IMG/VR virus record: IMGVR_UViG_2900837372_000002
Location: 5,767 to 69,766 of that record
DNA length: 64,000 bases
From: a virus
Direction: 5' to 3' (one strand)
Of the stretch, positions 10,547 to 20,320 are shown piece by piece (within the stretch, counting starts at the first letter, position 1; each line of letters starts with the position of its first letter). Under the pieces are notes generated by a model that searched no databases, was not told where the DNA came from, and was given only the letters and a program-made list of their open reading frames with translations. A program made the position numbers and the translations under genes.

Positions 10547-11419
10547 TTAGTTCATTTTTTGTGTTGCTTTTCTTTTGCGCCAAAAAGCAAAACCGCTTCC
10601 TGAAGCCAATAATCCACCAAGTGCTGTCGCAACGAGAGACACTTCTTCGCCAGTCTTAGGCAATACTTTCATTTTTCCATCAGACCCTTTCACCGCAATA
10701 TTTCCGCTTGGAAGTTGTTCGACCTTGTCTGAAATGGGCGTCAAGCCATTTCCTGATTCTTTATAAGCGACACCATCAACGACGGAGACAATTTTTTCTC
10801 CTGAAGCTGTTTCAATTGGTGTACTTGGTGTTGGAATATGGGTTAATTCAGACGCATTATTGGTTTCAATTTGAACATTTTGTCCACCTGTTTGTTGGCT
10901 GCCAATACTTCCATCTGGTTTTACTACGACGTCCTGTACTGGAGGCGTAGTGTTCGTCCCCCCATTATTGGTAGGTGGTGTCGTTGGAGGAGTCGTATTT
11001 CCTTCATTGCCTCCTGGATTCGACGGCTTTTCTGGTGTCTCTGTATTACCACCATTTCCTGGGTTTTCCTCAACGGGTGGAACTTCAGGTGTTCCTTCCC
11101 CTCCGCCAGTATCTGGATTTTCTGGTACTTCAGGCGTTTCTGTGCCTCCACCTGTATCTGGATTTTCTTCCGTTGGTGGAATCTCTGGGGTTTCAGGAGT
11201 TTCTGGTATTTCGGGAATTTCTGGGGTTTCTTCTCCTCCATCTGTTGGTGGTAAAACAGGTTCTTCAGGAACTTCAGGTGTTTCTTCCGTTGGTGGAATA
11301 ATTTCTGTCGGTGGTACACTTGGATCACCTGGTGACGTAGTATCTGCATACGCACTGGTTCCTACCATACCTAGCAATACAGTTGCACTAAATAAACTTC
11401 CTAAAATCATTTTTTTCAT
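10547..11419 (-). CDS. LPXTG-anchored surface protein with Pro/Glu/Thr-rich repeats
   Basis: Signal peptide. PETPE/TPEVP repeats. C-terminal LPKTG followed by a hydrophobic stretch and RKRK tail. Confidence 0.75.
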   Translation of the reverse strand: MKKMILGSLFSATVLLGMVGTSAYADTTSPGDPSVPPTEIIPPTEETPEVPEEPVLPPTDGGEETPEIPEIPETPETPEIPPTEENPDTGGGTETPEVPENPDTGGGEGTPEVPPVEENPGNGGNTETPEKPSNPGGNEGNTTPPTTPPTNNGGTNTTPPVQDVVVKPDGSIGSQQTGGQNVQIETNNASELTHIPTPSTPIETASGEKIVSVVDGVAYKESGNGLTPISDKVEQLPSGNIAVKGSDGKMKVLPKTGEEVSLVATALGGLLASGSGFAFWRKRKATQKMN

Positions 11420-11440
11420 GTGTTTTTCCTCTTCTCTTAT

Positions 11441-12361
11441 TTATTGATTTATTTCAAAATCATCTAGTTCGGGAAGCGTGGAAACTAGATAATTTTTTTC
11501 CTGTTCTTCCAATTGAAAAGACACTTTTTTTGTTTCTTGTGTCTTTTTCTCGGTTTCCAATGTAATGACATACGCAATTTGCCAATGCTTGCCTTCTTTC
11601 TTCATTTCCCAGGATAAAATACTTTTGACTTTTTCCTTTTGAGGACTGATTTGTTTCGCAACTTTTTCCGTTAGAAACGATTGAAGCTTTTTCCTATACC
11701 GTTCTTCTGCCATTTCACCCGAATAATAATTCGTAATAAAATAACGACTAAATGTATCAATTTGTGGTTGTTTTGTCGCAAGTTCTTCCGCAAATGCAAT
11801 GCGTTCTTGTAACTGGTGCTCCTTTTTCGTTAGTTGTTCAATCTCTCTTTGCGTTGAAAGTTGCATAATAAAAAGACCACAAGATACAACGACGATAAAT
11901 CCAAACAAAAGCCATTGAAAAGACATTTTTTTCTTCTGAAGAGAGCCGTTGCTTTGTGTAAACGCTGTTTCTACAGAAAGTGGTGTTTTCTTTTCCTTTT
12001 TGATTTTTGTTGGTCGACGTTCGTTCTTTTGGTCTTTCTTTACTTGATAAAACTTCGGTAATTCGGAATTTAAGGTTTGAATAAAGGTTTGTGCTTCTTC
12101 ACTTAATTGCCCATTTTCTGTTAAAGATTGTTCAATCAATGAAATCAAATGAAACTCTTCTACTGGAAAATCATACGAGCCTTCAAATACTGGAATTTCA
12201 TGGTTTTCTGTGTAGATTTCCAAGGTACACCAGCCAATTTCCGCTCGTGCCAATAGCTCTTCATTTTCTCTTTTCAATTGAATAAATGCCTTATCTAATG
12301 CAATTTTTTTATCTGTTAGTAAAGACATGTTATCAACTTCTGTAAATCGAATCATCATCAT
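11441..12361 (-). CDS. Bitopic membrane protein (cytoplasmic N-domain, central TM, C-terminal domain; TcpC/VirB8-like candidate)
   Basis: 306 aa. Single central TM (WLLFGFIVVVSCGLFIM). Confidence 0.4.
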   Translation of the reverse strand: MMMIRFTEVDNMSLLTDKKIALDKAFIQLKRENEELLARAEIGWCTLEIYTENHEIPVFEGSYDFPVEEFHLISLIEQSLTENGQLSEEAQTFIQTLNSELPKFYQVKKDQKNERRPTKIKKEKKTPLSVETAFTQSNGSLQKKKMSFQWLLFGFIVVVSCGLFIMQLSTQREIEQLTKKEHQLQERIAFAEELATKQPQIDTFSRYFITNYYSGEMAEERYRKKLQSFLTEKVAKQISPQKEKVKSILSWEMKKEGKHWQIAYVITLETEKKTQETKKVSFQLEEQEKNYLVSTLPELDDFEINQ

Positions 12362-12630
12362 TAGTCAAACACTTCTTCCACCACTTCTACCGCATACACC
12401 ACTTGAATAGGGTTATTTAAAGAAAATTTCACCCGATATTCTTGATTGTTCAAACTGACGATATAGCTATCCTCATCTTCAGCATAATAGGTATATTCGT
12501 TGCCTTTGACTTGAAAATATTTTTGGATCGCTTGTCTTTGTTGCCATTCGCCAATCTTTGGAAAATAGGCGAAATGATAGCCAAATAAAACGCCTATCCC
12601 TAATAAAACAATTCCTGTTACTATAATCAT
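12361..12630 (-). CDS. Small membrane-anchored protein
   Basis: 89 aa with an N-terminal TM. Translationally coupled to its neighbours. Confidence 0.35.
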   Translation of the reverse strand: MIIVTGIVLLGIGVLFGYHFAYFPKIGEWQQRQAIQKYFQVKGNEYTYYAEDEDSYIVSLNNQEYRVKFSLNNPIQVVYAVEVVEEVFD

Positions 12631-13007
12631 CTGGTTTCCTCCTGTACCTGTTTATCTTCTATTGACTCTTTTGTCGGTAAGCAATAAAGAACCAGTAACA
12701 CAAGAGAGCCAATCGTTGGGACAAAATAGAAAAAAATAAATGCCCAATGAAAACCTGCGTCTCGTAAACGTCGAACGCTGAGAGAAAGAGACGGGACAAG
12801 AACTACGAAACAATACACAATCAATACGCCTATCAAACAACCAATTATTGTTTCAGAAGCATTCAACGCTCCTGCTAGTCCAATCGCTAAGCCTAGGCCA
12901 AACCCAATGAGGGCATTCATTAACGCAACGAGCCAATACTCTTTTCTTGTGGCTTTCCCTTTGTAATTAAAGCTATTCTGCCAAAATTTTTTATAATTTG
13001 TGATCAT
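12627..13007 (-). CDS. DUF805-like small inner-membrane protein (ORF-track entry 12627..13100, with the start moved to the internal Met)
   Basis: From the internal Met the N-terminus reads MITNYKKFWQNSFNYKGKATRKEYW, typical of DUF805. Multiple TM helices. Confidence 0.45.
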   Translation of the reverse strand: MITNYKKFWQNSFNYKGKATRKEYWLVALMNALIGFGLGLAIGLAGALNASETIIGCLIGVLIVYCFVVLVPSLSLSVRRLRDAGFHWAFIFFYFVPTIGSLVLLVLYCLPTKESIEDKQVQEETR

Positions 13008-13473
13008 ATCTTTGTCCTTTCTAATGTTTATTTTTGATTCTAGTTTCTTCTGTTTTACTAACAATGAAACTTGCCATAAAAAAGGTGGCCAATACACCAC
13101 CAGCTAGAAATCCACTTACAAATAACAAAATTTTTTCCTCCTTTCTAAAAAATTTCGCCATAAAAAGGCAAAGTATGAACACGATAAATACCATGTACAT
13201 ACTTTGCCTTTTTATGCAATATATGTTAACTCTCCAAGCAATTACTGATTTTTAAATTCTTTATAAATAAAATAAAAATCGTTTGAGTAAAGAAATAAGT
13301 CAATGAAGACCCAAACGATAAAAAATATTCCTAATACTATATTTAATAAACTACGTTCTAGATAGATACGAGATTTCAAATTAAAAAACGAAAATGAGAG
13401 ATACAAATATATCAAATATTTAAAAAGTAACCACATTTTCTATACCACTCCTTATCAGAAACAGCCTTATTCT

Positions 13474-14958
13474 TTAGAATAAGACTGTTTCTGGGTTGAT
13501 TAATTTGTCTTTTGTTAAACTACCATCTAAGGCAAGTTCTAAATGTAAATGTGGTCCTGTACTATTTCCTGTTGAACCCACATAACCAATAATTTGTCCT
13601 TGTTCAACTGTTTGTCCTACGTTCACGCAATATTCCTGTTGGTGCGCATAAAGAGCCACACTTCCGTCTTCATGCTCAATTGTGACATAATTTCCTGACA
13701 AAGTATGATACGAAGCTTCTATGACCGTTCCTGCCTTGCTCGCATAGATTGGTTCTCCTTGATTGGCTGCCATGTCTAATCCTCTATGAAATTCTTCTCC
13801 TCGCCAACCGAAGGAACTAGAAATTGAATAATTTTTTAGAGGTACCATATAGCCTTCTTTGCTTAGTTGTGGACCAGCTACTTCTTTATCATATTTGATT
13901 AAGTCATAGGTTTCGATTAACCCATTTAATTTTTTATCGTAGCTAGTGTCTGTTGCGTATCTTCCTGTTAAAAATTTAGTCGCTTCCTGATAGGTTTTTG
14001 CCTTACTTTTCCAAACACCATCATAAAAAGAGGTATTTCCAACTAAGCCTTCTTTTAACAGTTTGGCATAGTCTTTTAAGCTTTCTTCATAGCTCTCATA
14101 TTGCCGAAAAGTTGCTTGGGTCGTATAAAGTGTCCCATTGCCTAAATCTTCTTGTGTCGCAAAAGAGACGCCCTTTCCGTTATGTGTGCCTTTGATTCCA
14201 AATAGATTGTAGTTTGGTGCCTGAGCCAATTGACTTTGTCCGCTTGCGGATTCTAAAATGGCTTGCGCGATCATAACAGAAGCGTATAAATCATTTTCTT
14301 GTCCAATTTTACGAGCAGATTCACCGATTTTACGGATAAACGTTTCTACAGACGCGTCTTTTTCAAAATGAATAGTCCCTTCGTTATCTTGTGTGCTGGA
14401 AGGGACTAATTCTTGTATCGGTGCGCTTGGTGCTTGGTGGTAGTTTTTTGTCTCTTCTGAACCGATTGATTGTGCCTGCGGTACGTCATTCATAGGTACA
14501 GTCACACTCTGTTCAGGTGCCTTTTGTGGGCGTTCCGTTTTTGTTGGCGGTTCCGCTTCTGTTTCGGTACTTGGTTTTTGAGGAGTCTGTGAGCTTTCAT
14601 CAGAAGGTTGCTCATTTGGTTCTTCTGACGGTTCCTCCTCAGGTTGTTGATTGTCTTCTGGTTTGTCTGGTTGATTCGGTGTTTCTGGTTGTTCTTCAGA
14701 ACCTGTTGGTGGAGCGTTCATTTCTGGATTATCTGGTGTATCTATTGTATCTTCAGTCGGTGTTTCTGGTTGATTTTCTTCTCCAGTGGAATTTGTTGTC
14801 GTTTCTTCAGTGATCGTTGCAGATTGCGAATTTGTCAGTTGATTGTTGCCTTGTTCATTAGCCAAAACCGCTGGCGTATACCCAAATACTTGACCTACTA
14901 ATAACAAAGCAGATAAACATTTACTCGTTTTTTTCACAAGATTGCCTCCATTCTTCAA
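13474..14958 (-). CDS. Secreted bifunctional peptidoglycan hydrolase: glucosaminidase (FlgJ-like) domain plus M23 metallopeptidase domain
   Basis: Signal peptide and a Pro/Glu-rich linker. AQAILESASGQSQLA...NLFGIKG glucosaminidase motif. C-terminal HRGLDMAA...HLHLE M23 motifs. Confidence 0.85.
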   Translation of the reverse strand: MKNGGNLVKKTSKCLSALLLVGQVFGYTPAVLANEQGNNQLTNSQSATITEETTTNSTGEENQPETPTEDTIDTPDNPEMNAPPTGSEEQPETPNQPDKPEDNQQPEEEPSEEPNEQPSDESSQTPQKPSTETEAEPPTKTERPQKAPEQSVTVPMNDVPQAQSIGSEETKNYHQAPSAPIQELVPSSTQDNEGTIHFEKDASVETFIRKIGESARKIGQENDLYASVMIAQAILESASGQSQLAQAPNYNLFGIKGTHNGKGVSFATQEDLGNGTLYTTQATFRQYESYEESLKDYAKLLKEGLVGNTSFYDGVWKSKAKTYQEATKFLTGRYATDTSYDKKLNGLIETYDLIKYDKEVAGPQLSKEGYMVPLKNYSISSSFGWRGEEFHRGLDMAANQGEPIYASKAGTVIEASYHTLSGNYVTIEHEDGSVALYAHQQEYCVNVGQTVEQGQIIGYVGSTGNSTGPHLHLELALDGSLTKDKLINPETVLF

Positions 14959-15000
14959 TCAATCATCTAGAGACAGCTGATTGCTGTCTCTAGTCATACT

Positions 15001-18000
15001 TTAATTGCTTTGTTTCATTTTACGACGAACCAGAACAGCCCCCACACCAACAAAAAGAAACAGTCCCAATGCAATTAACACATCGTTCACTGTTTCTCCT
15101 GTTTTTGGTAAGCTTTGTTTTGGTGTGCTCGTCGGCGTTTGTTTGACAGGGGTTGTCGGCGTTTCTTTTTTAATGCCTTTTGCTGTCAATGTTTGTTTTT
15201 CATTCTTCAAATCAAAGTGACGTGCTTCTTCCTCTTTATGGTCTTTATCCTTATAGACAATATGAGTTGCGACCAATTTCTCCCCGTCTTTTAACGTGCC
15301 TGCTTTGTAGTCAAAGGATACTTTAAACTCTTCAGACGCTTTAGAAACTTTACGTGCAGTTTCTACCGTACCAACGACTGTATCTTTTCCATTTTTATCA
15401 ATCTTATGGAATTGAGTCACCCAGTATTTGGTTTCCCCTACCGTAGATTCTGGAAATTCTTGCGATACATGATCGATCAACTCTTGGTCTTTGTCTGGAT
15501 CAAATGTTTGGTCGCCATTCACTGTAATAAAGCGTGTTTCGATTTTTGGTTCTTTCGCAGTCACTGTTTGATCTTTATTGGTTAAATCAAAATGACGAGC
15601 GAATTCTTCTTCCTCTTCTTTGTCGTTATAGACAATGTGCGTTGCGACAATCGTGTCACCGTCTGAAACCATGTCTGCTTTGTAGTTGAACGTCACATCA
15701 AATGTTTCTTTTTCATCGGTCACTTTTCGTGTTTCTTTTACCGTATCTAATACAGTGACTTTTCCATCGGCAGTAATTTTATGGAATTGCGTCACCCAAT
15801 ATTTCTCTGTCCCAACCGCAGATTTAGGGAATACTTGGGACACTTTATCCACTAATTCTTGGTCTTTTTTCGGGTTGAAATCTTTTCCACCTGTCGTTGT
15901 CACAAACAAAGTAGAAATTTCTGGTTGGTCTTCTTCTGGAACCACGATTTCTTCGTTTTTCACAGTAATTGGTTGTACTTCTCCGTCTTTGACCGTTACT
16001 AAAATCGTTTCTGTTTGTCCTGACGCTTGCCCATAATGCTCAGGGAACACAATTTCCGTAAATTTATACGTACCGTCTGGTAATTTTAGTTTTTCTGGTT
16101 CTTCTTTTGTTTCATACACAAAGGACACATTTTTATTATGTGCAGTCATACCTTCAATCAGGAATTTCGCTCCTGGTAATTGTAGATGATTGATTGAATC
16201 GACTTTATTGAAGTCTACTTCACCCGTTTTTAACAAGTTGTCAATCACATCTAATTCAAACGTAAGCACAGGCGTCGTGTTATCGCCATAGGCCACAGAG
16301 AACGTGGTTTGTTCTTCAGAAGGTTGACGGTAGTTGTCTGGCACATTTTTTTCAATCAATTGGTATTTGTTTTGATCGCCATTGTAGAATTTTTTGTTTG
16401 CCTTCCAGTGTCCGTCTTTGTCAGTTTTTACTGAATCCAAGACTTCTCCTTTTTTCACAAGGACTGTTTCTTTATCTGGCGCAGTAATATCTGTTTTGGC
16501 GATAATATCAAATTCGATATTTTCTGCAGGAACGGTATCATAAACAGGTTTGCCTTGATTCCAGGATTCTTCCGCATTATAGACTTCTTTGACTTTCTTT
16601 CCTTCTGGAATGAACTGTTGTAAGTCATTTTTTGCAGTTAACGTCACTTCTTTGTTTGGTTCAATCGTAATCGTATGAGTTTGTTTGTCTAGAATATACC
16701 CAGCTGGTGCTTTGACTTCTTTGACATCCAATTTATTTTGAACATATTTTCCGTCTTTTTCATAGAATGCAGGGATTTCTTTTAAGGCGATTTCCCCTTT
16801 GGCATCCGTTGTATATTGTTTTGTTTCTCCCGTATCATGACGTTTGATTTCATACGTCACATTTGGAACTTTTTTCCCTGTGACAGCGTCTAGTTTGGTT
16901 AGTTTGAAGTCGCCATTTTTTAGAACTTTAATAGTTAGTCCAGCTCTATTAGGATCTGGCACATAAAGCTTTCCTAGATTTTGAGCAACAGGATCTACAT
17001 AGGCAAAACTTGAACCTACCCCTCTAGAATTTGGATCCAGTGAAGAAACAGAAATTCGTCCGTCATTTGAGTTTTGATTTGCTTTTATAAACAAACTATT
17101 TCCTGATTTTCTTACTTGAACGTTAGCTGTGTTTTCAACAACCGACCCATCCCATTGAGAAAACACACCTTTTGTATCCTTAACTTCTACTTCTTCCCCT
17201 ACTTTAACCGTCACTGTTTGGCTATCAAAAGAAGGATCTTCAAGTAAATTGTTTATTTTTCTATCTACAGTCTGTTTGAAAGCTTCATAATTAGATTGTC
17301 CAATAGTTCCATAATTAACAAATGAACCACCTAAAACTTCCCAAATATATGTTTGTGCTAATACATAGTTATCCATTGAACCACTAGAATAGTAGCCAAA
17401 ATAACCAATTAAAGAAATCTTTTTTCTAATAGCACTTGTCGTAATTAAATTTTCGAGTGGTGTCACATCATATTGAATACCCGCACTCGTGATTGCGCCT
17501 TCTTGAATGCAAAAAACATCTTCTCCGTCAATTTGCCAGCGAACCATGTAATCATGAGTATACATTGTTCCTTCAGGAGTAATTCGAGTCATATTCACAT
17601 CTTTACGACCATTTTCAGTCAATGTTAGATTGGTAGCACGTGTCTGTGCATTCTTTTCCAAGATTGCTTGCCATTCTTCAGATTCTTGCGCCAATCGTTC
17701 TTGTTCAGAAAAAGAAGTCGCTTTTTGAATATCTTCAATGGTTATAAAGTATTTCTCATAACCTTCAGGGACCTCTTGAGTCATTACATTGGGCGGAGAA
17801 ACATCTTCTGTCGTGTCCTGCGTAGTTGTCTCTTCTGTTGTTTCACTTGTGGTTTCAGTACTGATCGCTTCTTCACTACTTTTTGATTCTTCAGTCTTCA
17901 TTACTTCTTCAGTAGAATTTGATTCATTTATCGTTTCTGCAAATGCCGTTACAGATCCTAACATGGGATTGAGAAATGTAACGAAAATTGCCAACCAAGT

Positions 18001-18018
18001 TGCCATTCTTTTAAACAT
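15001..18018 (-). CDS. Large LPXTG-anchored surface adhesin with a putative thioester domain and two ~140-aa tandem C-terminal repeats
   Basis: 1005 aa. Signal peptide. FCIQEG Cys-Gln motif in the N-terminal third. Repeat FITVNGDQTFDPDKDQELIDHVSQEFPESTVGETKYWVTQFHKI occurs twice. C-terminal LPKTG, hydrophobic stretch and RRK tail. Confidence 0.8.
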   Translation of the reverse strand: MFKRMATWLAIFVTFLNPMLGSVTAFAETINESNSTEEVMKTEESKSSEEAISTETTSETTEETTTQDTTEDVSPPNVMTQEVPEGYEKYFITIEDIQKATSFSEQERLAQESEEWQAILEKNAQTRATNLTLTENGRKDVNMTRITPEGTMYTHDYMVRWQIDGEDVFCIQEGAITSAGIQYDVTPLENLITTSAIRKKISLIGYFGYYSSGSMDNYVLAQTYIWEVLGGSFVNYGTIGQSNYEAFKQTVDRKINNLLEDPSFDSQTVTVKVGEEVEVKDTKGVFSQWDGSVVENTANVQVRKSGNSLFIKANQNSNDGRISVSSLDPNSRGVGSSFAYVDPVAQNLGKLYVPDPNRAGLTIKVLKNGDFKLTKLDAVTGKKVPNVTYEIKRHDTGETKQYTTDAKGEIALKEIPAFYEKDGKYVQNKLDVKEVKAPAGYILDKQTHTITIEPNKEVTLTAKNDLQQFIPEGKKVKEVYNAEESWNQGKPVYDTVPAENIEFDIIAKTDITAPDKETVLVKKGEVLDSVKTDKDGHWKANKKFYNGDQNKYQLIEKNVPDNYRQPSEEQTTFSVAYGDNTTPVLTFELDVIDNLLKTGEVDFNKVDSINHLQLPGAKFLIEGMTAHNKNVSFVYETKEEPEKLKLPDGTYKFTEIVFPEHYGQASGQTETILVTVKDGEVQPITVKNEEIVVPEEDQPEISTLFVTTTGGKDFNPKKDQELVDKVSQVFPKSAVGTEKYWVTQFHKITADGKVTVLDTVKETRKVTDEKETFDVTFNYKADMVSDGDTIVATHIVYNDKEEEEEFARHFDLTNKDQTVTAKEPKIETRFITVNGDQTFDPDKDQELIDHVSQEFPESTVGETKYWVTQFHKIDKNGKDTVVGTVETARKVSKASEEFKVSFDYKAGTLKDGEKLVATHIVYKDKDHKEEEARHFDLKNEKQTLTAKGIKKETPTTPVKQTPTSTPKQSLPKTGETVNDVLIALGLFLFVGVGAVLVRRKMKQSN

Positions 18019-18168
18019 ATTTTTTTCGTTCCTTTCATTTTATTTTTCAGTCTTCTAAAGTAATTTCTTATGGACTTCGACACCGAAACATTTTTATCCT
18101 CCTCAAAACAAAAAAAGACTAGAACTTATAATTCTAGTCTTCATCAACCACTTACTTTTCTTTTATTT

Positions 18169-19008
18169 TTAGTAGAAATCTACAGTGTGTTTTTGTGACC
18201 CGTCACTGTAAATAATAACATCCACCATAAAACCTTTGTTGTACCACTGCGAATTTGGATCGCTAACCTCTGCATTAGCCCAATCATAGGCTTCATCTAC
18301 AGTGTTAAATACCTTTCCACTATTACCAATCTCTCCAACTACAATTGTTGGCTCTTCAGGTGTCGTTGTGCCACCATTTCCGCCTTGATCGCCTCCACCA
18401 GGATTGCTTGGTTCTTCAGGCGTTGTTGTTCCTCCACCTGTGCTTGGGTTAGAAGGAGTTGTTTCTCCTCCAGTATTTCCACCATTACCTGGTTGTGTAG
18501 GTGTTTGAGTAGTGCCACCATTGTTTTCTGGTGTACTTGGCGTTGTTGTACCACCAGTTGTTCCTGTTTGATCTCCAGCTGGTGTTGTTGGTGTCGTTGT
18601 ATTTGGTGTCGTTTGTGTATTTGAAGTCGTTCCTTGTCCTACTGGTTGATTCGGATCAACTTTGTCTTTCTCTTGAATCACTGTTTGAGCCACAGTTTCA
18701 CCTGCGCTGTTTTGTACACTTGCTACATTGCCATTAAATACTAATTTATTTCCTGCATAGATTAAATCCACATTTGTAATCTTATTCATGTCCGCTAATT
18801 TTTGGACAGTAATATTTGTTGCTTGACTGATTGCGCTTAGGGTATCTCCCCAGACAATTGTGTATTCATTCCCTTTAATTTCTGCTTTGATTTGTTCCGC
18901 CGAACGAGGTGTCCAAACTTTGTTTTCTGCTGCTTCAGCATTCGTTCCCACAGCAAGACTAACTCCTCCGACTACGATTCCTAGTGCCAATACTTTCAAC
19001 ATTTTCAT
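18169..19008 (-). CDS. Secreted LysM-domain protein with a Thr/Pro/Gly-rich linker
   Basis: Signal peptide. LysM motif YTIVWGDTLSAISQATNITVQKLADMNKITNVDLIYAGNKLVF. First gene of the minus-strand operon. Confidence 0.75.
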   Translation of the reverse strand: MKMLKVLALGIVVGGVSLAVGTNAEAAENKVWTPRSAEQIKAEIKGNEYTIVWGDTLSAISQATNITVQKLADMNKITNVDLIYAGNKLVFNGNVASVQNSAGETVAQTVIQEKDKVDPNQPVGQGTTSNTQTTPNTTTPTTPAGDQTGTTGGTTTPSTPENNGGTTQTPTQPGNGGNTGGETTPSNPSTGGGTTTPEEPSNPGGGDQGGNGGTTTPEEPTIVVGEIGNSGKVFNTVDEAYDWANAEVSDPNSQWYNKGFMVDVIIYSDGSQKHTVDFY

Positions 19009-19143
19009 TGTTTTTCGCCTCCGATTTGAATAAATTTATTTACAAAAACATAGTACCAAACTTATGTCTATCAGTCGATATATTTTTTGTAGATTTTTTT
19101 ATTTTTTGATATACTAACTTTGGTACTAAAATAACTAAAAGGA
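19009..19143. promoter_or_regulatory. Divergent promoter/operator region between the T4SS operon and a small plus-strand regulator
   Basis: Inverted 10-mers TAGTACCAAA (19051-19060) and TTTGGTACTA (19119-19128). TATACT -10-like hexamer at ~19112. Confidence 0.4.
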
Positions 19144-19398
19144 ATGTCACACATGCAACTTAATAATTTAAATGAAATACATGATTGGGCTCAAAATAAT
19201 TTACTTAATCGTAAACAAGCTGCCAAAATCACTGGACAAAACTATGATGCTTTTTCTAGCTCTTTACGTAGAAATAATATCAAACCATTTCTAGAAATAG
19301 GCGACGAACCTGGTCCTTCCATCATTCGCTTATATCTAAGAGAAGATATTGAAAAATACGCAAAACAGCTCGAAGAAAAAAGACAGAAACGTCAATGA
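19144..19398 (+). CDS. Small putative DNA-binding regulator (84 aa)
   Basis: Divergent from the transfer operon. Basic, HTH-like segment LNRKQAAKITGQNYDAF. RBS AAAAGGAA. Confidence 0.4.
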   Translation: MSHMQLNNLNEIHDWAQNNLLNRKQAAKITGQNYDAFSSSLRRNNIKPFLEIGDEPGPSIIRLYLREDIEKYAKQLEEKRQKRQ

Positions 19399-19460
19399 GG
19401 CGTTTTCTGTCTTGGATTTACAAGTAAAACAATAATAAACACTTTTACAACGGAGGTTCT

Positions 19461-19883
19461 ATGAATAAGAAATACATTGTTTCAGTTGGTTCAATCGTAC
19501 TGATTGTACTCGCTATTATTGCTTTTTCTGTATCCAACAAAACAGAAACACAGCCACAAAATACGGTTCAATCGACTACTACAAGTCAATCTAGCGATCA
19601 TTCCGTCTATCCTTCACTAAATAGTTTAAAAGAAACGCATGGACAAGATTTAATTGATCTTGGTTCTTCTCAAATTACTACTGTCTTATTTGAAAAGAAA
19701 AATATTGCGTTTATTACTCCTAAAGAAGGAACTGACCTTGAATTTTCTATCAAAGTAACAAATACCAAAGAAAATTTATTCTCCATTCCTGACATTCAAT
19801 ATACCCCTAACAAGTTAAAGATTGGGGATACGTTTGGTTTGGCTAAAGTAAATGAACAATACTTTGCTTACTCACTGAAATAA
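19461..19883 (+). CDS. Membrane-anchored or secreted hypothetical protein (140 aa)
   Basis: N-terminal hydrophobic anchor (IVSVGSIVLIVLAIIAF). RBS GGAGG. Confidence 0.45.
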   Translation: MNKKYIVSVGSIVLIVLAIIAFSVSNKTETQPQNTVQSTTTSQSSDHSVYPSLNSLKETHGQDLIDLGSSQITTVLFEKKNIAFITPKEGTDLEFSIKVTNTKENLFSIPDIQYTPNKLKIGDTFGLAKVNEQYFAYSLK

Positions 19884-19976
19884 GTTTCTAATAGCAAGAG
19901 GAAAAACCCTCTTGTTATTTTTATCACATAATCATTTTATAAAAACGCTTCGAAAATATCAACATTTTTGAAGAAA

Positions 19977-20294
19977 CTATTTTTCTAATTTCTCAATTTC
20001 TTCCAAGGGATTTTCGCTAATGACCCATACAGGCACAGATTGCTCTCGAGGCTCCCCTTCTTCTAACCACCAACCTGCATAATGAACTTCTTCCTCCTCA
20101 GCATTACCATGATACCAACCAACAAAGGATTCATCTACAACGAATGAAATTTCTTCTTCTGGATCAAATAATTCATTTTTCCATGCTTCAATTGCTTGTT
20201 CTTTGGTGTACTTTTGTTTGTTAAATACACCACAAATTTCGTCATCTACATAAAAAATTTCAAAATCAAAATTACTCGTTCCTTTTACTGGCAT
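19977..20294 (-). CDS. Small highly acidic hypothetical protein (105 aa)
   Basis: Asp/Glu-rich with a good RBS. Part of a co-oriented small-ORF run. Confidence 0.45.
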   Translation of the reverse strand: MPVKGTSNFDFEIFYVDDEICGVFNKQKYTKEQAIEAWKNELFDPEEEISFVVDESFVGWYHGNAEEEEVHYAGWWLEEGEPREQSVPVWVISENPLEEIEKLEK

Positions 20295-20320
20295 CTTAAC
20301 TTTTCCTCCTTTGACTCACT

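Larger units (their letters stand above)
1..19008 (-). mobile_element. Conjugative type IV secretion gene cluster (Gram-positive MPF-FA type), plasmid- or ICE-borne; no relaxase or oriT seen inside the window
   Basis: Co-directional minus-strand operon carrying a coupling protein, VirB4- and VirB6-like proteins, VirB8/TcpC-like membrane proteins, two cell-wall hydrolases and LPXTG surface proteins. Confidence 0.7.

Noticed and set aside
10575-11447. Several plus-strand ORFs and a minus ORF 10924..11355
   Set aside because: Antisense or alternate-frame artefacts of the Pro/Glu/Thr-repeat LPXTG gene.
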